Of a stretch of DNA of 64,000 nucleotides, positions 26,651 through 36,448 are shown one piece after another (the stretch's first letter is position 1; every line of letters begins with the position of its first letter). Where the stretch lies: contig MU053881.1 in NCBI GenBank assembly GCA_013239625.1, forward strand, positions 13,406,879-13,470,878, read 5' to 3'. The position numbers and the translations under genes were made by a program. The notes beneath the pieces were generated by a model. The model was not told where the DNA came from, did not search any database, and saw only the letters and a program-made list of their open reading frames with translations. Source of the stretch: Lama guanicoe (lineage: Eukaryota).

Positions 26651-27865
26651 GTATTTTTATTGTCCTTCCTCCTTCCCTCTTGTTTCTGCTCCCCCTCCCA
26701 CACCTGACAACAGAACCCAGGGATTGGTAGCTGGAGACACGAACAAAGAGAAGCCAGTGTCTACATAATGGAAGTCATTGACAGGATTAGAAATGAATTA
26801 TTTTAGAATTAGACTTCATTTCAGTGCTTCTCAATTTTTATCACTTTTCTAAATTCAAATAATTGCAAGGAAGCCACTATTGTAGATGTAGACAACGTGG
26901 TTCTTCTCCACTTAGCTGCAGAAGTGCCGGATCACCTGGCACGTGGAAGGACACGAGGCGGAGGCTTCCCACCCCAGTCAATCATTTATTATACAAAGGA
27001 AGACTTTGAAGTTTTGCTGTCGAATCCTTCACGTCCCTTTTGGTGTGGTTTTGTATCTCACTAATGGACTTCGGTTTAATTCAGTTTTATTTCTCCTTTG
27101 CTTATTTTATTATCGTTAAAAGATGCCATTTATAACCTCACAAATTACATTCCTTTTTATCCGTGTGTTGTGGGGGAGGTTTTTTTTGTAAACCTTACAA
27201 AGCAAGGTGTAATGAAAAAATGGCCTGCAATTCTGGAAACGAATACAAAGAAAAAAGCGCTTTGAAGAATGGAAACAAACAAATGCAGAAAAAAATCAGC
27301 GAAGTGTACTGTCATCACCACACATTTCAAGATACTAAATTATACATCATTTTAAATCTTCAAGTTAGTAACTTAGGTATAGCAGATCATTTTAAATTTA
27401 CTCTGTTTTTCCAAGATAGATTGATGCTCAGGTGTATGTTTTTCTTATTGTTTCCTTTTGTGATTTTTTTTTCTCCAGACATGATAATATTTCCATGTCT
27501 TTTGTGATACGTACTCCACCTCTACCAGTTAAATAAATACAATAAATAAAACCAGAAATAGAATTAATTAGACCTGAATAAAATACTGTGACATTATTTG
27601 AATCAGATAACTTAAATATAACTCAGAGATTTAATCAGACTAAAAGAATAGATTTGCTAAAATATATATGTCTACCTTTTTAAAAGCCTGAAAAATGACA
27701 GATTTATAAAGTTGCAAAGACAAAAAAACTGGCTCTAAACTGCCTCAGCATTTCAAATCCCATGCAGCCTTAAGATTTTCTCTATAGTATAAACATTATT
27801 TTAACTGCAATGAGCCCAATAAGGAAATTATACAAAAAGGGGTGTGAAGAGTCAGGATATAAAGT

Positions 27866-27883
27866 ATTTGCATAAATTTGCAT
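27866..27883. promoter_or_regulatory. Tandem perfect octamer (POU) motifs
   Basis: ATTTGCAT at 27866-27873 and 27876-27883, in unique-looking sequence. Function unproven. Confidence 0.4.
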
Positions 27884-28633
27884 TACTTACACATCCAGAA
27901 AAAAATTCACTCGCCAGCCAAATTTAGTTTAGCAGGAGAGAGCCGCTTTGATTCAGTCTCCAGTTTCTGCCTGCAACGTTTGCTTAGGGGAGCCCTGTAT
28001 CACCCACTCTTACAAGTGCTGTTGCTGCTGCTGCTGTACACGTAGCACAATCATTTTGGGGAAAGTATTAGCTTAATGTCTGTTTTCTTCTACTAATCCA
28101 GTAAATTCCGCAAGGGCAAAACCATTGTCAGTTTCCCCCTGTACCTCTCTGTGTCCTGTTCAGTGCTGAGCGAACCGTAGGTGTTCAACAAACAATTTTT
28201 AACTAAACAAATAAACGCAGATCATCCAGTGACCTCATTTAAATCCCTTTATTCCGACACTATGCTGGCTCCTGGATGAGTGCGGCTCATTCTGATGACT
28301 GGGAATAACATGGTTCGGAGCAATTGGAATTAGGCACGGGAATTAGCACTACTGATTCACGGTGGATATTTGGACTCAGAATAGATTTTGAAACACGGTG
28401 GATAGTTTAGACAATGTTTAGGTTTGGCAGATTAGTATTGGATTAGCATTTTTAATGGTCCTATGAAAGTGTGTTGAGCTGTGATATGGTTTGGAGTTCA
28501 GTTCTGAGGATAGTTTAGTTCAGTTTTTCATTAATTCAGATTAAGTTCCTTTGTAATAACCTTAGTAATATACACAAATACACAAATAAGTTTGCTGTAA
28601 GACATGCCAAAATGTAGACTTTATATATATGTA

Positions 28634-28636
<3 letters not shown>

Positions 28637-28682
<46 letters not shown>
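28637..28682. repeat. Compound (CT)n(AT)n microsatellite
   Basis: Directly visible. Confidence 0.95.
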
Positions 28683-30179
28683 CTCCCTGTGTCTTATATA
28701 AAGATATATAGTCAACTGGACAATTCTGGTGCTCCATTCCTATCTTGTTTGGAGTGTGATATTGTCAAAGTAATGTCAGAGGCAGAATTGGAGGACCTCT
28801 TTGTTTGCATGAAGGTACTGCTACCTAGTGCCTCATATGTTACATGAAGACGAAGATGTTTAATTCAATGAGAGGTGGCTTTCCCTTAAGCTTTAAAATT
28901 CTGAAAAAAAAAATCTGTGCAGCCTGCATTTATATTTGTGAAAAGTACACATCTACATCAAAGTATACCAAACAAAATCTCCATATTCAAGTTATAAATA
29001 CACATCAATTTCCAGATGTAAAAGATATAGCAAGTCCTACGCTGTTAGGAAATACACCCTAGGTCTTGGAAGTTAGATTTACTCTATAGAGTTTATTTCT
29101 CTCCAAGCTGTTTTGTTGGCTCAATTTCTGATGTATAGAGTCAGAGAAATATATCTTCATTAATTGCTAATGTCTGATTTCACTTGGAATCCCTGAGCCA
29201 AAACTTAGAATTGCCTCACTGGCAATTTTCACTCCTTACGCCAACTTTCAGCCCCACCCCATCTAAATGGGGACTTATTTGTGTGTCTCTTCCTTTACAG
29301 GTGACCAGAGAGAATGAACTATGATTAAGCGATGTGTTCAGTTAATTAATACATATGTTTTAGTCCCTCGTTTCATTTGTTTCACTGTTTTCCTTCAAAG
29401 TCCTCTTCTTGAAGCTCTGCAGAGTGGCCAACTCTCTATCTTCTTTGTCTTCCTTTCTTGTCAGCTAGTGTCTTTTCTAATTCAAAAATTCAAATGTGTT
29501 ATCTTGCTTGTTTGATTTTAAGCTTTTTTCCATGTTTCAAACTGTGCCTGGACTCAGCCATAAATACATGCTTCTGCATATGTGAATCTCGGGAACCCCA
29601 CTGCCATCTTAAGTCACCATCACCCAACTGTGACCTCACTCCCTCTGAACTCTCAGCGTGCGAACGACTCGTGATTTTCGCTCAGTAATTAATCATGCCT
29701 GCCTCGTGACATTTCTGATGATGTATATTTAACATCACATGGTATATCATTTGTCAGCGCACCCATGCCCAGCCGCCTCAATTAAATTACAATTGCCTCT
29801 TGGAGGCAGATTCAACATCTGTCTTACAAAATGCATTGTAAACAAGGAAAATGTGTGCTGATCGATTATTTAATTGATTGACTATCTCCATTTAGCTATG
29901 AAGGAAGTCAAGCAGCATGAATAATAGAAAGTTAAAAACGTCTTCCCCCCAATCAGATTTTCTTGAATATGCTAGTGTCTGGGAAGCAATTGTGAGAGTT
30001 CTCAATAAAATGTCTACAGATTTCTTTGCTGTTGTCTGAAAAGTCAAGAGCAAGAATTAAGATATGAAATGACAAAGGATGAACATTATGCTTTATTTCT
30101 TTAACTGACTTATTACACTTCCAGTCCAAATCTTTCTCCATTTAAGAAGATACTATATCCTAAAATGGTACCCAGTGAA

Positions 30180-30912
30180 GTTAATAGTGTGACTTCAAGA
30201 ATGGGACCAAGTGTCAGACACATTTGAGAAAACTAGCCTAAATAGCATTAGACAGGTTTCTTCCTTGTAGGAATTCACAGAATCTTTACTATGCTCACGT
30301 TGCAGAAAAATGTGTTACAGCTTGACATTACAGCTCAGTTGTAACAGCAACCTGGATCCAGGCGAGAGACCAAGCAGCACTCGGAGAGTTGGAGAACTCA
30401 GGTTTATTATGCCAGCGGGCCCAGAGGAGTTAACACTCCAAGCTCTGGACCCTGTCTGTAGGTTTACACAGGCCTTTATAGGCTGGCAGTTTACACTTTG
30501 CAAAATCATATGCAAATAAAGTGTAACAAAAGTTGACCAACTAGGAACAAGCTTTGTAGAAATGGACCAATCAGGAGTGAGAGAAATAACCAATCAGGAG
30601 TGAAGGAAATAACCAATCAGAAGTGAGCTCAGAGAACCAATAGAATTTTAGAGGTAAGTAAGCCGTTTCAGAGGCAAAAAGTGAGATAGAGCCTCTGGGC
30701 CAGGGAACTGGATGGTGCTGGTGAGAGAGTAGTGGCTCTGCTTGGGGGTCCTGCTTGTCTTTTGGGGGGCTTTCTGCCTCACTCATACTTCCAAAGGGGT
30801 GGGACAGAGAATATAGTGCACTACTTTACCCAAATCTGTGTAAGCATAGATTTTTTTTTTAAAGCAACTTATAAGATCCATGTGCCATAGTGATCACTTT
30901 TGGAAACACTGA
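30180..30912. mobile_element. hAT-Charlie-like non-autonomous DNA transposon interrupted by an LTR
   Basis: Flanks of the LTR carry 'agaatctttactatgct' on the left and 'ccaaaggggtggg...cacttttggaaacactg' on the right, the latter a hAT-Charlie-like terminus. Confidence 0.45.
30313..30785 (-). mobile_element. ERV solo LTR
   Basis: TG...CA termini; minus-strand AATAAA (plus tttatt ~30403) and TATAAA (plus tttata 30475-30480); U3-like tandem CCAAT repeats at 30566-30642. No TSD identified. Confidence 0.8.
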
Positions 30913-33104
30913 GATAGAAATTTCAGGCACATCTTATGTAATTCATGCTGTATAGAAATGGATTGTCCATTGCCGGGGACCATTTCTTGTTTTATGGACA
31001 AAAATCCAATATCGAGTTTGGTTATTCATTTGTTTAATACCTTCTTTATACAGCAGATCCTTGAGCCTTCCTCTTACCTCTCTGGTATTTCTTCCCATTG
31101 TGTTAATGAGGTTAATGTATGTATCATACTATGTTACTGCTTTCCTAAACTTTATCTTATTTAACCAACTAGCTTTTAGGAATCTGTATCGATCTGTCTT
31201 CTTCCACCGCTTTCTAAAGCCCTCTGCAGATTGCATAAGCTCGCATATCTACTTGTTTGGGTGAGAGTCTTAGAGACAGAAGCTCTGTATCAAAGTCCTA
31301 CCCCAAGGACTATGTTTGCTATGTGATGTAATTTGTCACTTTCCTTTCTAAGTCTCAGTTTCACCCTCTACAAGGTTGGATAAAGGTAAAAAAATCATAT
31401 GAGAGTTATTAGTAAATTGTAAAATATTTGGCACAACAAGGTATTATTTTTATACCATCTTTACTGTTTTATTCTAAAAATAATTCTAGAAGTATGTAAA
31501 GAAGTAATACAACCTCAAACCAAGTGTCATGATAATATCTGTTTATTTCAAGGACATGAGCCTAAAACCATAACTTAAATAAACATGGAACTTTCAAGGG
31601 CAGGGCTAAATATTGATCAAAATGCTAACAGTCTATTCATTTGTTTCTAACTCAAGACTGAAAAGAGCGAGCTAGCGCCATGTCCGAAGGGAATGCGCGA
31701 ATGGTCTGCCAAGACACAGTTCTCATCCGTGTACAGCACATCTCTGATGGGGGAAGGCGGTGTCCTCTCCATTTTCTTTTACAGATTTGACAAAAACATT
31801 AATCATGGCTTTTGTTTGTACTATGAGAGCATCTTTTTTAAAAGGAAACCCTTGTGTTTCTCACATTCAGATGCTAATCAATTATGTCCTTTTTTTTTTT
31901 TTTTTTTGCCTTTGGATAAAAATCAAGCAAAACATCCATTAGCAAATTATCCTCATTAGACTCCAGGGAGACTCTGAATAACACTTTTAGAGCTTCGTGC
32001 AACTCCCTGGGGAGATAGCTGCTCAAGCAGCGCTGATCACGGAATTAATACTGGTCACATTTTACACTTACTGCTGAAAGTTTTTAATGTCAAGTGTGTT
32101 TTCTTTTTACTGAGACATAGTTTTCATTTCTCAGGTTAGAAATAGACTTTCTCTGCGTGGTTCTTAAAAATCTTTTTAGAGAGCTGTAGAAATGTCTGCC
32201 TTACTGCTTATGTCAAAAAAAAAAACAGGTTATAGTTTGTTATTGTTAATAAGAAGAAAATTAACAGATTTTTTCCCCCAAAGTATAAATATTTGTATGT
32301 ATAATATGTGTAATAAGTGTAATGAGTGATAGAAATGCCTGCAGCTCTGGGTGAACTTCTGTGCACACTCTTTGTTGCACTAGAATCAGGTCTCTCGAGA
32401 AATCCAGAACCCTTACACTTAGTGTATTTTAATAATAGTTTGCTTCTTCACCTTTCTTTAGCCTTTAACTCCCCTCACCTTTTGCGTCTTTATGAGTTTC
32501 AGAAGATGTTTGCTGTTAAAGTGATACAAGCTTTATTACAGTTTGGCAAGTGTTTTTCAATATGAACAAAGTGACTCTTGGAAGAGATTCTCCAAGGCCT
32601 TCAGGAGACCTTGACTTTTCAGAGAAAAGCTATAGATGTGATGGCTTTTAGGGAGCGTCATCCCAAAGTCCTCCTCATCCTGGATCAGGCTCATTATGGC
32701 ACAGCCACAGCATTTCTTTAGCAAGTATCTTTAATTCTCAACTTCCCTCTCTCAGACCTTCCCTTATTCCCCCATCTTGCAAAGAACAGCAAAACACATC
32801 CAGTAAATAGAAGCATAGACCTAAACATTTTGTTAGATAGCATGTATTTATTGTTGTTTTACTGTACAAATAGCATTTGAAAAAAATTCCTATCATACAT
32901 AATATTGTAAAACTTTAACCTACCTGATTGTATAAACTATTAGTTGTATGAACTAAAGACAAAGAGTGTGATCTTAAAAGGCGATACATTCTGTCCTAAA
33001 GCATCATAGCGACAAATTCTTAGCATAAGACTCACTACCAGCGTAGCCTTGTCTTTTCCTTTCCCTTCTCCTTTTCAAGGGAAAAGAAAGGGTCTGCATG
33101 AGAT

Positions 33105-33475
33105 GTTGCTGGAAAAGTAATTAGGAGCCAGATCACACAGGACATCAATAATGGCCAGAGGACCCTGCTTCATATTTGGATCCCTGGGGAGCCATTGGGA
33201 ATTTAAGTAAGGATTACATGATCCAATTTGTGTTTTACAAATATCAATGTAACTTCACAGTGTGGAATAGATCATAGAAAGGCAAGGCTGAGTCAAGTAG
33301 GCCAACTTGGACACATTTGGAGCAATTCTAGACAGTATAGTTCAGGGTGAGGAGTGGAGAGGTTTAAGAAAAATTAACAAGACTTGTGATGGAATTGTGT
33401 GTTACAAGGTTCAGGGATGAAAGCAATTAAGTCAGCAGTGACTTCTACGTTTGAGTGAGGTTCCGTTCATTGCTA
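33105..33475 (-). mobile_element. L2 LINE fragment
   Basis: 'ggagccagatcacacaggac...gggagccattgggaatttaagtaagg...atgatccaatttgtgttttacaaa'. Confidence 0.6.
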
Positions 33476-33799
33476 GATAATTAGAAAAATGAAAAAATTA
33501 GTAATGCCTCCTCTACCATCTTGAAACAAATTATAACTTGAGAATATAGCCTATTGCAAAACACTTCCTTATATTAACATCCTTTATATGATAATGCAAA
33601 TATCATTTATGTCATATTAAATTTATGCAAAAGGATATTTAAAATACTTTAAAATATGTTGAAATACCATTAGTGGTTTTTACATAATGGAGAAAAACAC
33701 ATTTTATCTTGTGGCGAAATTCGTATATTTTTGCACATAAGAACTTGTCAAGTTCACAGTTGCCTCCAAGCTAACAAAATGCATCAGAACTCCCCAATT

Positions 33800-35625
33800 T
33801 TCTTTGTGAGCCTCCATTTGGGTGGACTCAATACAAACTCTTCAAGTTCTCGGTTCTTTTTTCTGAAGTGTCCAATCTGCTCTTTTTTTTTTTAACATTT
33901 TTTATTGATTTATAATCATTTTACAATGTTGTGTCAAATTCCAGTGTTCAGCACAATTTTTCAGTCATTCATGGACATATACACACTCATTGTCACATTT
34001 TTTTCTCTGTGAGTTATCATAACATTTTGTGTATATTTCCCTGTGCTATACAGTGTAATCTTGTTTATCTATTCTACAATTTTGAAATCCCAGTCTATCC
34101 CTTCCCACCCTCTACCCCCCTGGTAACCACAAGTCTGTATTCTCTGTCCATGAGTCTTTAGATTCCACATATGAGCGATCTCATATGGTATTTTTCTTTC
34201 TCTTTCTGGCTTACTTCACTTAGAATGACATTCTCCAGGAGCATCCATGTTGCTGCAAATGGCATTATGTTGTCGGTTTTTATGGCTGAGTAGTATTCCA
34301 TTGTATAAATATACCACATCTTCTTTATCCAGTCACCTGTTGATGGACATTTAGGCTGTTTCCATGTTTTGGCTATTGTAAATAGTGCTGCTATGAACAT
34401 TGGGGTGCAGGTGTCATCCTGAAGTAGATTTCCTTCTGGATACAAGCCCAGGAGTGGGATTCCTGGGTCATATGGTAAGTCTATTCCTAGTCTTTTGAGG
34501 AATCTCCACACTGTTTTCCATAGTGGCTGCACCAAACTGCATTCCCACCAGCAGTGTAGGAGGGTTCCCCTTTCTCCACAGCCTCTCCTCCAATCTGCTC
34601 TTAATCCCATCCAGTGAATTTTACAATTTCAGTGTTGGATGTTTCAGTTCCAGAAGTCCCATTGGGTTCTCCTTTATGACTTCTAGTCATATCCTCATTC
34701 TATTAATTTTCTTCTCTTCGATCCTTGGGTGTTATAAATTCCTTGTTTGCTAACTGCACCATCTTAGTCATTTGGGGGTCTTTTCTACTGACGGGCTTTT
34801 CTCTTGGCTAGAGTCCCTGTTTTCCCCACTTCTTCACTTAATTTTACAGGCGTTGCTAGCAGTTTTCAATATTACGTCGTTAGAGCTGTATTTCGGTGTT
34901 CTCTTTATAGATTAATGCATTATTTTCTGGTTGACAGTAAGTTACTGGCAGAACATCTGAATTCTTCTAAAACTTGGTTTTCTGCTTCATCAGAGCAGCT
35001 CTTTTGGAGCCTTTACTCCAGGGCTAGTTAGACTGGACTGCAAAGTCATGATCTTCTGTGCTCTTTGCTTAATGGCGAGAATGTTCCATAAAGACTTCCG
35101 GCTGCTTAGCGTTTGGATTCTCCCAGCCCCGAGTGAGCTACGAGAGCGTGCTGTAGTTTACAGCCCCTCCGTTACTTCATGCCCAGCCTTGTAGCGTTTC
35201 ATGCAAGGGATGCACGTTTTAGTATTCAACGACAGACACGCAGGGGCCCCCTTGTAGACTTACAATGCTATTTCTCTGCATGGCTCTCTCTTCTCTGGTG
35301 CTCTGACTGCAAATATCAGCTGCCTCAAGCTCCCCACACTCCAATTTCTGTCTACTCAACCAAGTAATTTGCTGGGCCTCCTTGGTGTCTTTATTCCCTA
35401 TATGGGAATAAACGTCCAGGAAATGCCCCCAGAAAACCAAGGGAATGGTAGGGCTCGCCTCTCTTTTTTTCTCTCTTCTAAGGACTCAGGGTCCTACCCA
35501 GTGTGTTGATCAATGTCTGCAGGCAGTTGATTCATATATTTATCACTTTTTCATTTCCCATTATTGGAACACCGAGCCTGGCTCTGGTTCCTTCATCACA
35601 GCTGGAAATGCCGCAGCTAACTTTA
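33800..35625 (-). mobile_element. Ancient L1 (L1ME/MC-like ORF1 and 5' region), split by a younger L1
   Basis: 'gtgtccaatctgctc|ttaatcccatccagtgaattttacaatttcag...ttcagttccagaagtcccattgg' is continuous antisense old-L1 ORF1 sequence across the younger insertion. Confidence 0.65.
33885..34588 (-). mobile_element. Young 5'-truncated L1 with 14-bp TSD
   Basis: Uninterrupted ORF2 C-terminus in ORF 34158..34610 ('[23 protein letters not shown]...WKQPKCPS...EYYSAIK...ICGI*'), 3'UTR and poly-T. TSD tccaatctgctctt at 33871-33884 and 34589-34602. Confidence 0.96.
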
Positions 35626-36208
35626 CACAGCACCTAGAGTCTCAATTCCTTGTTCGGTTTGGGCTGATGCTAGAATTCTCCAATTAGCATTTTCTTCACT
35701 GACCAGCGTGAATCCGGCAGAGACTCTGATGCGTTCACAGGAAACGTGTTACTTTCCTCTTCCTATGCTTGCAGCAACAAGTGGTCACATGACCATTTTT
35801 GTCCAGTAGACTCTGAATGGCAGTGATGATAACCTCTTTGGGGCTTATCCCAATATACTGTCCCGTGGTCCTCCACCATCCCTTGTCCCTGTTTGATGGA
35901 TGGACGTCAAATGTTCCAAGTACTCGCAAGATGGGTTCACAGAATGAAAGGCTGACTGTGAGGAACAGCAAACAAGCATTTACCATGGTAAGTCTCTGAC
36001 TTCTCAGTGCTGTGTGTTTGAGCAGTTAGCCTGCCTTGATTGACTGAATGAATAATAATAACCTCTATACAACACATTATCATTTCATGCTGATGCAATT
36101 AAGCAAAATCAGATAATATTTAAATAGGTACACTGGGTGACTGCCTGTTAATGACAAATGTGCCGTTACTATTGGTTTTACTAATCCTGCTATGTATCTT
36201 ACTATTTT

Positions 36209-36448
36209 ATACTGAAGTAGAGTTGATTTACAATATTACAGTATTTTCAGGTGTACAGCACAGTGATTCAATGTCACACATGTATCAGTGTCACAGATAC
36301 AGAAAACAAACTTGTGATTACCAAAGGGGAGAGGGAACGAGAGACAGACAAATTAGGAGTGTGGGATTAATAAATATAAACTGCTATGTTTAAAACAGAT
36401 AAGCCACAGAGATATATTATATAACACAGGAAATGGTAGCCATTAACT
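36209..36448 (-). mobile_element. Short 5'-inverted L1 insertion (twin priming) with 16-bp TSD
   Basis: 36209-~36285 is the L1 extreme 3' end in antisense, and ~36286-36448 is upstream L1 3'UTR in sense. Perfect TSD tgtatcttactatttt at 36193-36208 and 36449-36464. Confidence 0.88.

Noticed and set aside
29281..29345. Strong plus-strand splice acceptors at 29300 (and 31783)
   Set aside because: No matching donor or coding frame nearby, and isolated polypyrimidine-AG sites are common in AT-rich DNA.
30566..30642. CRISPR-like or spacer array
   Set aside because: These are contiguous 23-24 bp tandem units with no unique spacers, inside an LTR U3 in a mammalian genome.
34158..34610. 150-aa ORF as a gene
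   Set aside because: It is the C-terminus of L1 ORF2 in a 5'-truncated insertion, and the start codon lies in flanking DNA.
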